Assembly: GCF_902459465.1 (NCBI RefSeq)
Contig: NC_047063.1
Location: 13,640,001 to 13,704,000, forward strand
Length of the DNA stretch: 64,000 nt
Origin: Asterias rubens
Lineage: Eukaryota
Direction of reading: 5' to 3'
Translations under genes and position numbers: made by a program
Notes under the pieces: model-generated
Seen by the model: only the letters and a program-made list of their open reading frames with translations
Told to the model about the DNA's origin: nothing
The model's database searches: none
Shown here: positions 14,554 through 26,918 of the stretch, piece after piece
How the letters are laid out: every line of letters begins with the position of its first letter
How positions within the stretch are numbered: the stretch's first letter is position 1

Positions 14554-14770
14554 GTGGAGTGGCGTTGCCGAGCACTATTCTAGCACACCGTACTTATAAG
14601 CTCTGGTATTACCAGAATGTGGGTTCGGGTCCCGTTGTTGACACAGTGTCCTTGACCTAGTGGGGTATTGCTTGGTCACGGTGATGTGCAAATAATGTAT
14701 TAATAGCCCAGAACACTTATCGTCAGGAGTAAAAGGAGTTCCCGCCGGTGTTTGTGGGACACAGTTGGCT
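14554..14770 (+). mobile_element. Degenerate tRNA-derived SINE
   Basis: gtgggttcgggtccc B-box remnant; acttatcgtcaggagtaaaaggagttcccgccggtgtt matches the 21235-21275 segment. Confidence 0.55.
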
Positions 14771-14959
14771 GGAGAGTGTGCTACATGTTCTTGTAAGGTG
14801 ACACGGCGCAGAGCTGCTATCATATAAATGGTTCTGATAAGTCAAAACATAGCTCTCTACCTCTCAGTTTGGAGGAGACACCCAGAGATGAGGCGTTTGA
14901 TTATAGGAAACGAGTAGTGTTACTATTGTTGTAAGAGTTACTGAATATTATAGAGCCGT

Positions 14960-15028
14960 TTGTGCGGCACGGCTACATTTAGGTCCGGGCTACATTTAGG
15001 GCTCGGGCTACATTTAAGTGCCACACAG
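14960..15028. mobile_element. Deleted copy of the TGT..ACA MITE family
   Basis: tgtgcggcac + three ggctacattta units + gtgccacaca. Further remnants near 18000-18060 and 18625-18670. Confidence 0.65.
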
Positions 15029-18000
15029 CCATGTATATGCTTTCATGTGGTGCTGCTTGTTGTTGTTGTTACTGCTGAAGTTGTTATTGATGATGTGTGT
15101 CGTTGCTGCTGTTGTTGTTTATGGTATTATTGGTGTTGTTGACGAAGTTTGTTTTTTAGGTGGTGGGCTGCTGGGAACGGTTGGTGTTGCTTCTAATGCT
15201 GTTTTGTTTTGTGCAGTTGCTGCTGCTGGTTGTATCACTGCGTATAAGACTTACATGACTAAGCTTTGGGACGACATTGACATATGTGCTGCTTTGCGAA
15301 GTAGTTTCTTCTTGAACGAAAGTGAGACTTTTGCCAAATCACAAGTTGCAAACCCCACAACAACGATTCTAACAGTTCTCCCTTTATTTCCGTATCCCTT
15401 ATTGCCGTTATAACGGAACACTTCCTCCAGATTAGAACATGTTGTTGTGGTTTCTTGAAGAAGATGAGTCAGCCACCGGTGGGCAGTCATAGGCCCCCGT
15501 AATCCCCCTGTCGAACCGCTAAATCGCGACAGTTGAAACACCAGTCAGGCGTTTGCAGTCATTTCACGGGTGCTTAACTTGTTGCACTTTGGGGGGGGGG
15601 GGGGAATAATGACATTCATTCGGAATTCTAATCGTACAATCTCACAGATGGTGCGCAGAATTCATCCAACCATACACATTGTTTTATACAAGTTGAGTAT
15701 TCTGTAAGCTCACTGGAAGTAAACACACAATCCAGAGCAATGTTTCCACAATGGGAGATTTTTGGGACGCTTGGTGGCAGCAGACTTACCAGGTAAAATC
15801 CTTTGTTCTCGGTCATGTGAGCACGCTCAGGACTACGTAAACAATGGAAATTTACCTGGTAAGTCTGCTGCACAGAACACTGGGAGCTATAGATAACAGG
15901 AACAATACAAATCTCATTTGGAAACAATGTATTTAGTTGTTGTACACGTTTTAGGTTTTAAAATATGCAACAAACAGAAACTCACAACAGTCAGAAATTT
16001 AAAGTTGCCACCTGATTATGTTTAACTCCAATTTCAGTGATGCGGTTTCGTGTTTCCATTTTAGGCTGAACTGGATCGATTGCGTTTAGTTAAATTTGAT
16101 AAAAACAGCTTCGGTGTGTGCCAAATGGAGTTACAATTCAAAAAACCCAGCACAATAGAGATGCATGCAGTCGAACTCCACTTCACCGAAGCTTCTAGTT
16201 TCAGTCGGCAAATATTAGATTGTCGGCAAACAAAAAAATAAAAAGACAAAATTGCAAACATGAGTAAAGTATAGTTCAAATTTAATAGAGAATCCTTTTA
16301 TCAATCCGGATTACTGATTTGTATTCGTGCAGTGTATAAAAGAACATGTTTTATGTGGTTGCGGTTAATGCCAGAGAGCTGCCAGCTCTCACTGATTCAG
16401 CAGAAAAACTCCCTGAGAAGTGCAGTCTTTCCATGTTCTGATGAACACATCTGAAAATGTCCCTGATTAAGGAATGGGATTCCCTAATTTGCTGAATGGT
16501 TCAATTTGGCAGCATATTGCGCCTTGTAAACCAATACATGGTGCTAAGTAAAAATAAGTCTGGTATATGATTATAATTTGTTAAAGTGAACAAACCCAAA
16601 GCATTTTACAACTTATAGCCGATAAAACTACACGCAGTCCTTTCAACAACTAAATCAACAATATTTTAATAAACTCCCACACTTTTTAATAAAAGCGTCA
16701 ACATGTTTGCTCGATGAAATCCTGATTTGTTTTGAACCCCCTTCTAGTTGATTGGCCCTTTTTTTGGTCAAATGAGGTCACACCGGTGATTCCCCTCTCG
16801 CTAATCACCTCCAATTACGGATTCAGACCGAGTGACAGCAGGGACCCCCAGAGGACCTGCACGCGGGGTTATCATCGACCACGGAGGATTTGCCAAGATT
16901 TCTGTGAGGTTTTGTTTTTTGCCACAGCTTCCCCTTGTGGCCTACTCTTGTGTCGGAATTACCATGCACGACTACGATGTTGGTCGGCGAGGGATGGGAT
17001 TTATAAGAGTGGAGATTATGAAAGGTGAACTGCTTTCTGGGACACCCTCTCCACATCCCACGCTCTTCCACGCTGGGATTAGAGCTAAAACAATCTGCAG
17101 GAAACGATGAGTGACGTCACTCTTCACATGAAAAGCAATTTATATCTGCATCTGTCTGCATGGTTGGATTACAACCCTTAATATTCCGATCTTGTGGTGG
17201 GGTTAGAGGGAATATACTGTGAATGTACTGTGAAGAAACCTCAATGAACTCCCGTAATGTACTTATGGGTACCGACATGCAAAGTATCCGGTTTTGTAAA
17301 GATCGGGCGAGACTCTGATTTAATAAGTTTCATTTTTTCCCGGGTAATGAGTTTAAAAGCTATCCCGGGCCGTCATCGTGGTGGCACGTCAAGCTCGTCT
17401 TTCGTTTCCAACAGAAATGCAGCCGTCCAATCTATCGAGACCGGAAGTAGACCAACAATAGTCAGGACCCCATTTGATCTTGATAATTGGCACGACATGT
17501 AATCCACTCGAACATAGGGATACAAACATACATTATAAGGCATTATCAAGTCACTTTACATCAAGAACGCAGCGCGTTTGATTGGGTATTAAAAATTGTT
17601 TGATCCTCAATGATTTTTCAGTTGGTCTTCCTTGTTTTAGATTTGTTGATCTGTGTTGGACACATCCATAAAGCACTTTGCAATCTATTGAAAAGGCACC
17701 CTAAAATTAATGTAATATGCCAGCTTATTATTATATAATATCATTGTTTGATTGAGTCACGGAGTTACAGCTCCTATTGTGATATGAATCAAGCTAGAAG
17801 ACCCCCCCCCGGGACGGAATTCTGATCGACGGTAGCCCTCATTGGAATTGAGGCGTCACCCTCGTCCAAACAACACGCGTCATCCGTTGAAACAGTCAGT
17901 CAATACATCAAAGTCAAGTGTATCAACTGAAAACGCAACTCGGACGCGATGCACAAATTAATGTCGTGTACGTAGCACGGCTCAATTCGGGCACGGATTT

Positions 18001-18162
18001 GCGGCCACATTCAGGTCCCGGGCTACATTTTGGTACAGGTTCGGGACTTTATTTACGTTTAGGCTATTAATTGTTTTTAAGGGGTTGGAGATAAATGAAG
18101 GCTCATACATGTTGGTCTAAATATAAGTTTTGGTAACATTCATGTACGGGGTTTGGGGTTAA

Positions 18163-18499
18163 AGACACTGGACACTATTGGTAATTGTCTAAAACCAGCC
18201 TTCTTACTTAGTGTATCTCAACATATGCATAAAATAACAAACCTTGGTCGTCAGAGTTGCGAGACAACTATGAAAGAAAAAACGCCCTTGTCAAACGAGG
18301 TTGTGTGCTTTCAGATGCTTGATTTCGAGACCTCAAATTCTAAATCTGAGGTCTCGAAATCACACCGTGGAAAATTACTTCTTTCTAAAAAAACTATGTC
18401 ACTTCAGGGGCAGCCGTTTCTCATCAACCTCTCCCATCACTCGTCACCAAGTAAGGTTTTATCTTCATTTTGAGTGATTACCAATAGTGTCCACTGCCT
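18163..18499 (-). mobile_element. Kolobok/T2-type MITE, family A (reverse orientation)
   Basis: TTAA flanks at 18159-18162 and 18500-18503; TIRs ggacactattggtaatt / aattaccaatagtgtcc-like. Confidence 0.8.
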
Positions 18500-18670
18500 T
18501 TAAATGTCGGTCCAAATTACATGTTTGTACAGGGTCTCAGGGCAGACAGTATATGGAGGTTCTGGCCACATTGTGCATGTTTCGGATATAAACAGGCTTG
18601 GCTTACCTTTACGCACACGCTTGCAGCTAAATGTAGGTTAAGATTACATTTAGGTATCTGGCTACATTAC

Positions 18671-19070
18671 AGGCACTGGACACTATTGGTAAAAAATACT
18701 CAAAATAATTGTAAGCGGAACAACTTACTTGTTAATGAGCAATGGAGAGCAGTTGATAGTATAAAGCATTGTGAGAAATGGTTCCTTCTAAAGTAAACTT
18801 AGTTTTCGAGAAAGAAGTAATTGCCTAAATAATAAATATTTAAATTTGATTTCGAGACCTCGGAATTAGATTTTTGAGGTCGTGAAATCAAACATCTGAA
18901 AGCGCACAACTTCGTGTGACAAGGGTGTTTTTTGTATTATTGTTATCTCGCAACTTCGACAACCCCTTATTGAGTTCAAACTGTCACAGGTTTGTTATTT
19001 TATGCATAATATTGAGAAACACCAAGATAGAAGACTGGTCTTTGACATTTACCAATAGTGTCCAATGTCT
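18671..19070 (+). mobile_element. Kolobok/T2-type MITE, family A
   Basis: TIRs ggacactattggtaa / ttaccaatagtgtcc; body colinear with other copies. Confidence 0.8.
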
Positions 19071-20719
19071 TTATGGTGCTGCGTGCATTGAAAAGTTACC
19101 CCATGATCATATCCGCACGTGATCTGTCCGCCACTTTGCGAACTATGTAGATTAAAGTATGTGCTGTAGTAATCATTATCTAGATTTACATTAATGTGCG
19201 TCAGTGCACAATATTATACCTTGAGGTCCTTTGTGATCAGTGTTTCAGCGCTCACACCTTTACTCCTCGAAGAAATGATCAGGTAGAACAATATGTTAAT
19301 CCATATAGATTTATTGGCCACGTCTGTGAATGCACCGAAACCATCAATCTATAATCAATGTCTGGTCGTGCATAAGAATCGCTGTTTAAATATAAAAGCT
19401 CAAGCCAACACTGGGGGTTTGATATACAATATATTTTTCATCTCAGACGAAACGGGAACATATGAATCAATGGGGATTTCCACGTGTTATGATCTGCAAT
19501 GATCCCATGAGGGCGGGATCGCTTTGCTGTTTAGGCGAATAGATCACATGACGTCATACGTCAATGATAGCCAATGATAAACTTTCTTCGTTCACGCGTT
19601 TCATCAACGATGACGGCACATCTGTAAGTAGGTGTAATCACGATCGATTCAAACCGGCCACATTCGAATTTTAAAAACTAAATATCATCACCTTCAACCA
19701 ACAAACAACGACAAGAGAACCGTAAGCAAACCTTTGAATACCGCAGACCCCCATTGACCCAACTTTGATCTGACGTCATCACCACAATAATATTGGTCGC
19801 TCCATTTTGGTCGGGAGTCAATTGTTCCCAAGTGTTATGGTTACACAGTGTGGTGTGAACTTCAAGCGGCGCGATTCATGACTGATTATAGTGGCACCGT
19901 CACAGCGTGCGCGATGAGCGTGCACTGGAGGTCTGTTGTGCATGGTTATTATTTTTTGCATAGAAGATAAATTAAAACCAACATTTTAATTCCCATCATC
20001 CATACCCGTTACTTCACCGATTTCGAATCAAAATTGTTTCATCAAAATAAGTTTTAATGTCTGTACATTAACCATTGAGTTTAGTTAAAACAAAAAAACA
20101 TCAAGCAATGTACCTAATAAGAGAGGGATATGTCATTGAATTCGTAAAGGATATCTTTCACACGCCGTCTAGTTATCAAGAAATATCTTCAAGCCAAACA
20201 AAATGTGGTGTTCGGAGTCGCTCCTATACATGTGCGCGTACTAGTTTTAAATAATATATCAAGCTTTCTTGTAAGGTGTTTTACTTTGACAGTATTTGTT
20301 TCTGTGGGATTTTAAAAGCGCCAAACAAAAATATGGCTTTCAGCATTGCTCTTATAAATAAGTGTGCAGTCATTATTCCAGATAGATATCAAGCTTTGAT
20401 TACAAGGTATTCACGTATGATAGTATTTTTGTCTGTAAGAATTTATAAGCGCCAACCCTGCGTCTATACAATAAATTTGAAAGTTAATTTCGATTTATAG
20501 GGAGAGGTTTGTACGGTTCTGCCCCATACCTGACCCCGCTGGCTCGGGTTTCGTATGGCGTTAAGATCACGGCGCTCTGGATGCAATTGCTGGAACCTCC
20601 GATTATAAAAGAAGCCCATTATCACTGATCGATTATTTCGTAAAATGTGACTTTTGTGGCGAGCTCCAAAGAAACGTCTCTAAAAGGCACACGTTTTGTG
20701 ATTGTTTTCTTTTTAATCT

Positions 20720-21492
20720 AAAGGCACAATTTTAGAAATTACTCAAAAGAATTGTTAGCATAAAAAAACTTGGTAACGAGCAATGGAGAGCTTTTGAAAG
20801 TACAAAACATTATGAAAATTGGCTCCCTCTGAAGTAACCTAGTTTTTTGAGAGGTAATTTCCCTCTCAATTAACACAAGACTTTTAGCTTGAAGTATTTT
20901 ACTGTCTGCCTGTTTTGCAACATAGGTGTTTTTTTTTTTCTTTCATTTTTATCTTGCAACGTCGACGACCAATATTGAGTAAATTGTTCACAACATTTCG
21001 TTATGCTTATGTTGGGGTACAACCAAGTGAAAAAACATTCTCATGGCCGAGTTTCGTGGCCGAGCGGCTAAGATCACCGAATTCAATCTCTGGTGTTTCT
21101 TATCAGCAGAGTGTGGGTTCGAATCCCCAGCACTGACCTTAAGCAAGACACTTGACCATTCCTTCGTCCTTCGGATGGGACGTAAAGCCGTTGGTCCTAT
21201 GGGTTGTGTAGCGCATATGAAAAAGAACCCAGTGTACTTATCGAAAAGAGAAGGGGTTCGCCCCGGTGTTCCTGGCTGTGGCTGCTTAATATGCCGTAGC
21301 ACCTTGTAAACCCTTATAAGGTGCTAACTAATTGGGTCTCAATATTCATCAATGCAATAACATCTTTCTGAAAGATATATACTCAACGCCTTGAGTACCT
21401 TGTTTGGTAGGTACGTGCGCTATATAAGACTTCGATATTATACTAATTTTGTTTTCCTTCTTCTAACAAATACCAAATATGTCCAGTGGTGG
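20720..21492 (+). mobile_element. Family A MITE interrupted by a SINE
   Basis: MITE body runs to ccaagtgaaaaaacattc (~21040). Its 3' terminus (acaaataccaaatatgtccagtg) resumes after the SINE at ~21465. Confidence 0.6.
21043..21444 (+). mobile_element. tRNA-derived SINE, near full length
   Basis: A-box TGGCCGAGCGG (21057-21067); B-box GGTTCGAATCC (21116-21126); central gtccttcggatgggacgtaaagccgttggtcc resembles the Nin-type SINE domain (from recall); A/T-rich tail. Confidence 0.85.
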
Positions 21493-21786
21493 TAATCACA
21501 AAGACTTAAGACTTAGTCTTACCTCGAGTACTCGTCCTAACTTGGGACTCATTGTAATAACACTCAAAGAGTCATAGGACTAGTCCTAGGTTACAGTTAT
21601 ACCCGTCTTTTTAAAAACGGATACAGTCCCTTTAAAGGTCCACGGATGGAGTTTCTAAATCAAAGACTTCAGATTGTTATTTGGTATGCACGTGTTAATG
21701 GGTGTGTGAATAAGAAATGATACGAATCAATATACTCTAGGAGGTCATTCACCGCTATGTGTTTCTCGATACTGTACTTTTTTGTT

Positions 21787-21857
21787 TCATGATGCTTGAT
21801 AATTGCGGGTTCATGATGCTTGATAGTTGTGGGTTCATGATGCTTGATAATGTGGGA
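21787..21857. repeat. 24-bp tandem repeat x3
   Basis: Unit tcatgatgcttgataattgcgggt. Confidence 0.85.
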
Positions 21858-21960
21858 TACCTGTGTAGAAACCGCACCTATAAGTGGGTTAAATTGACGT
21901 CAGGCTTTAGAGAAGCAATAATTGGTTTAAAAGGTTGTCTTTGGTGACTTTAAAGCTCTG

Positions 21961-22131
21961 CAGCCGATATCACGAAACGCTAGGATTATTCCTTACTCGA
22001 GTTAGGACGAGTTACCCCTCCTAACTTAGGATGGGTTCAATTCGTGCTACGTATTTGGATACGGACCTGAACCCGTCCTAAGTTCTAAGATGAATCCTAA
22101 GTTATGAAGAGTTTGGTGAAATCGACGGCTG
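21961..22131. mobile_element. Harbinger-like MITE
   Basis: TIR cagccgatatcacgaaac / gtttggtgaaatcgacggctg. The internal gagttaggacgagtt/ctaacttagga motifs recur at ~21505-21595 and ~34089-34225. Superfamily assignment is inference. Confidence 0.6.
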
Positions 22132-22468
22132 GACTCTGTTGGTAATTACTCAAAATAATTATTAACGAGCAATGGAGAGCTGTCGATTGTATAAAACATT
22201 GTGAGAAACGGCTCCCTCTGAAGTATAAAGTTTTTGAGAAAGAGGTAATTTTTTATTAAAATATTAGTTGACTTTATGCCTTAGGCCTGTTAAAGCGCAC
22301 ACATTTTGGGAAACATTGATATTTTGTTTTGTCTTTTATTATTCTATTGCAACATCGATGAGCCCAAATTGCAACAGATGTTTTTTTCTTTTTTTCTTTT
22401 TCTTTTTCTGCATAATGTTGGGATACACCAAGTGGGAATACTGGTCTTTGGCAAGATGTCCGGTGCTT
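22132..22468 (+). mobile_element. Family A MITE with left TIR split by a Harbinger-like MITE
   Basis: ttaaagctctg (21950-21960) joined to gactctgttggtaatt (22132 onward) rebuilds the family TIR; right end gtccggtgctt|ttaa. Confidence 0.65.
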
Positions 22469-22609
22469 TTAAAGGGATGGTTTACCTTTGGTAAATACTC
22501 AAACAAATAAATGACTATCACAAGGTGCTTGTGATAAATGCAAAGGTACGTGGTTTCAAAAAACATTTAAAGAAGCATTACAGCTGTTTCATAGTGTATT
22601 ACATGTTAA

Positions 22610-22988
22610 AGGCAGTGGTCACTATTGGTAATTGTCAAAGACTAGCCTTCACAGTTGGTATATCTCAACATATGCATGAAATAACAAACCTGTGAAAGTT
22701 TGAGCTCAATCGGTCATCGAAGTTGCGAGATAATAATGAAAAAAGAAAACACCCTTGTCACACGAAGTTGTGTGCGTTTAGATGGTTGATTTCGAGACCT
22801 CAAGTTCTAAATCTGAGGTCTGGAAATCAAATTCGTGGAAAATTACTTCTTTCTCGAAAACTATGGCACTTCAGAGGGAGCCGTTTCTCACAACTTTTTA
22901 AACTATCAACCTCTCCCCATTACTCGTCACCAAGAAAGGTTTTATGCCAATAATTATTTTGAGTAATTACCAATAGTGTCCACTGCCT
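22610..22988 (-). mobile_element. Kolobok/T2-type MITE, family A (well preserved)
   Basis: TTAA|AGGCAGTGGTCACTATTGGTAATT ... AATTACCAATAGTGTCCACTGCCT|TTAA. Confidence 0.9.
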
Positions 22989-23525
22989 TTAAGAAACGAT
23001 CATCCCCTTCAAAGAAACGTGGTTTTTAGAGAAAGAAATATTCTAACAATTAAAACTGAGATACATTTCTTCATGAAACGTTTCCTTAGATTGTGTTCCC
23101 CAATTACGGAGTATTCTTCCCGTCAAGTTGACAGTTTGTATACCCATGTAGTCTATAACATTGACAGCCCTCATGGCAAACTTGTAGTCATTGTGTATAT
23201 TATAAATAATTTAAAATTATTATGACTAAATAAATAATATTAGTATATGTTTTGTTGAAAAAAAAGACCGTCAGGCCGAGGTAGATTTCACTCTGAGTTC
23301 CAGCAGCAGATGACCATACCAATTGGGGTTATAAAAAAAATACTATTCAAGTAGAGTAGAGGAGGGTTGAGGCTGACATAAATTATCCCCTAATCTAAGA
23401 AATGTGTTTCTGTTACTTAACGCTTGCCCTCATAAATATTCAAAAAACCCATACGCCAGAAGGCAAAAACTAAAGACGCTAGCAAAGAAAACCAATAGTG
23501 ACACGAGCGCAATGCTGCGCGTTAA

Positions 23526-24068
23526 AGGGTTTGGATCCATGGTGTTGATCGAGTTTGTGGCCAAGACACGAATCCCTACTGACTGTGAATGAAGATATAT
23601 GTAATATAATCTACCTATAGAAGTTTAAGCTTCATTCATGTCAAGCTTTTGTAGGGGAAAATAAGTGAAAATCGTAGAGTGATGATTTTTAGGAGAGTCA
23701 GTTATAAATATCAGAACTGGTAAATACGCTGACATGCTTTATTCGTCTCGTGACATTTTTCACCAATTTCCACAAAGGTACAGCATCTCAGCAAATGAAA
23801 TTTTAATTGAAGTTGTCAACCATGAATATTTTCAAACACCGTTAGTTTACCGTTAATTGTGAGTATACCATTACTGCTAGTTACGTTGTACATGCATGCT
23901 GAGATAATGTTCGTGACATTGTTTACTAATTTCTCAAAAAAAAAAAAAAAAAAAAAAAAAACTACAGCAACCCTGCAAGTAATATTTCAAGGGAAGCTTT
24001 TTACCATCATTGTCTTCAACACTGTGGACATTGTGTTTTGTGTCCTACGAAAAAGTACCCAAACCCTC
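23526..24068 (+). mobile_element. TTAA-flanked MITE, family D (degenerate, with A-rich tract)
   Basis: ttaa|agggttt left end; ggacattgtgttttgtgtcctacgaaaaagtacccaaaccct right end. Confidence 0.55.
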
Positions 24069-25762
24069 TACAGTGGCGAACTATAATACACTATCACCCA
24101 ATCAATGGCCAAGAGTAACCACTGTAATGTATTGCTATACATCTTGCACTCCCAACCGCAGTAATAAAAATAGACATCAACTTTCAATTGTTACCTGCCA
24201 GTTGTAATCAGAGGTTGGAGCGGTGCATGCCTCTCGAATAATCATCAATGTTGATGTCTGACTGGTGCTGTCTCGTAACAGTTTTATTACAATATCATTA
24301 CTGGCCGTAAATAGGCAATTTTCCTTCAATCAGTTAAAGTACGGGCGAGGACAAATTATTTTTGAGGAAAATTATTTTTGAGGACAAGAAATAAACGTTA
24401 AGCATGCCGACGGGTGTAAAGACAAGTTCCTTGGATGAACAGTTTTCTTAAAAGTTATTTATATGTTATGACGAAAGAGAAAAAAAATTCGTCTTACCTC
24501 AATTTGGTTATCCGCTTGTGAATGTAAAGCCCACCACACTCATTCACTAAAAAACGAAACTGGAGACTTGAACTTGTAAAGTCACGAGCTCCAAAAACAG
24601 AAGAATATTACAACAACTGGAAGTCGAATCTTTCACGGGTTATTCGCAAAAAACATTCGTCTTAAATTCCATGGCGGAGCGAAGCGCCGACACACGGTGT
24701 AGGATTTTCATCACGATGTGGTGCCAGACGGTTTTCTGACACGGATCCTGGCTCGTTTGGTTGTCAGTCTGCTACGGGTGGGTGCGTGATCACGCAGCTA
24801 TAGAGAGCGAGCCTCCGTCTGTGTGTTACCTGAATGCACGGTGTGGGAAGACGTTGCACAGCGATACGACCACCGTGGGTAGAATGCGTCAATTCCTGGG
24901 AAGACGAGAAGGAAAAAAAATTGTCAGCGAGCGCACACAAACCAGTTATGAATTATGAATGAGTTTGCGGTATAGCTTGGCTGCCGTATTCAGCCAGTCG
25001 TCGCTTGGAGGCAAGGTGAATTCCGACTGCAGACCGCACACAGCCAGTCTATGCAGAGGGACAGTGCGCCGGCTACCGAGAAAGCAAGAGTGGGAAACAA
25101 CCGTTATCAGGAGTTAGGGGATCGCATCATGGTATTCAGAAAACAAACCCTCTCATCAAAAGTATCATCCCTGATGCAAAAAATCACATAACTGTTCGTA
25201 TTTCCTGGCTATAAAACTATTCCATCAAAACTTAAATTATCTTAGAATCAATACAAGCATGAGCTCAGTTTCACCTCTCTACTCCCCCGAGACTCTTTCC
25301 TAACTTCAAAAGACTGCACCACCGGCACTCATGAGTGGGAGGACGTGCCTTCTAGCCTTCGGGTTTACGAGGAAGACTTATTAATATTTAATCCCTGGCA
25401 TATCAATAATTTTCTACATTTTGTTCCACCTGCGAACATATAGCTTCATTGCCGATGAGTCTGCAATTCAAGAATACGCTATTTAATTATTAAGCTCAAA
25501 CAAATGTGTGCAAACAATTTGATTTGTTTCGGTGAGGTGGAACTCATGTAAATCCAACACAAATAATTTCCTATTTTAAAGGTGACCCCCCCCCCCCCCC
25601 TCATCATTTGAAACTTATATTGGTGAATGGACTAAAACACTTGAAACACTTTTCCAAAACACAGCACTGACCGTCACATACATTCGGTAATGGGCAAACG
25701 CATTGGTCCGTTTCGGTACTAGGTATTACCCAATCTCGTGCAGGCACGGAACAAACTGTCTG

Positions 25763-26918
25763 GGCATGACCCAACCTCGTCTATGCATGACCCAACCTCG
25801 TGTAGGCACACCACAACCTCGTGTAGGCACACCGAAACTTCGTGTAGGCACACCACAACCTCGTGTAGGCACACCACAACCTCATGTAGGCATGCCACAA
25901 CCTCATGCTGGCATGACACAATCCCATGTAGGCATGACACAACCTCGTGTATGCATGACACAACCTTATGTAGGCATGACCCAACCTCGTGTAGGCATGG
26001 CACAACCTTGTCTAGGCATGACCCAACCTCGTGTATGCATGACACAACCTCGTGTAGGCATAACATAACTTCGTGTATGCATGGCATAACTTTTGTGAAT
26101 AAGCATGACACAACATCGTGTTGCATGACATAAATTTCGTGTAGGCTTGACACAGCATCATGCAGGCATACCACAACCTCATGTTGGCATGGCACAACCT
26201 CGTGTAGGCATGACACAACATCGTTTATGCATGACACATCCTCATGTAGGCAAAACACAACCTCGTGTAGGTGACACAACCCCTTGTAAGCATACCACAA
26301 CCTCATCACGCATGACAAAACCTCGTGTAGGCACAACTCAACCTCGTGTAGACACAACTCAACCTCGTGTAGGCACAACTCAACCTCATGTAGGCAGGAT
26401 ACAACGTTGTGTAGGCATGACACAACCTCGTGTATGCATGATACAACCTCGTGTAGGCCGTGACACAACCTCGTGTAGGCCGTGACACAACCTCGTGTAG
26501 GCCGTGACACAACCTCGTGTAGGCATGACACAACCTCGTGTAGGCATCACACAACCTCGTGTAGGTATGCCCCAACATCGTGTAGTCATGACTCAACCTC
26601 TTGAAGGCATGACATAACTTTGTGTAGGCATGACACAACCTCGTGTAGGCCGTGACACAACCTCGTGTAGGCCGTGACACAACCTCGTGTAGGCATGACA
26701 CAACCTCGTGTAGGTATCCCCCAACATCATGTAGCCATGACTCAACCTCTTGAAGGCATGACATAACTTTGTGTAGGCTTGACCCAACCTTGTCTTGGCC
26801 TGGCACAACACCTCGTGTTTGTATGATACTACCTCGTGTATGCATGACAAAACCTCATGTGAGCATGTTATAACTTTCGTGTATGCATGACACAACCGCA
26901 CGTTGGCTCGTGTAGGCA
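25763..26918. repeat. 21-bp minisatellite (ggcatgacacaacctcgtgta), roughly 54 units
   Basis: Direct tandem array with some 22-bp variants; explains all ORFs listed at 25703-26919. Confidence 0.95.

Noticed and set aside
15251-15541. 96-aa minus-strand ORF ending at a GTAAGT donor
   Set aside because: No recognised family and a weak acceptor; kept only as a possible exon in the alternative-first-exon finding.
21043-21130. Possible tRNA gene
   Set aside because: A and B boxes are present, but there is no proper cloverleaf and the sequence runs on into a SINE body.
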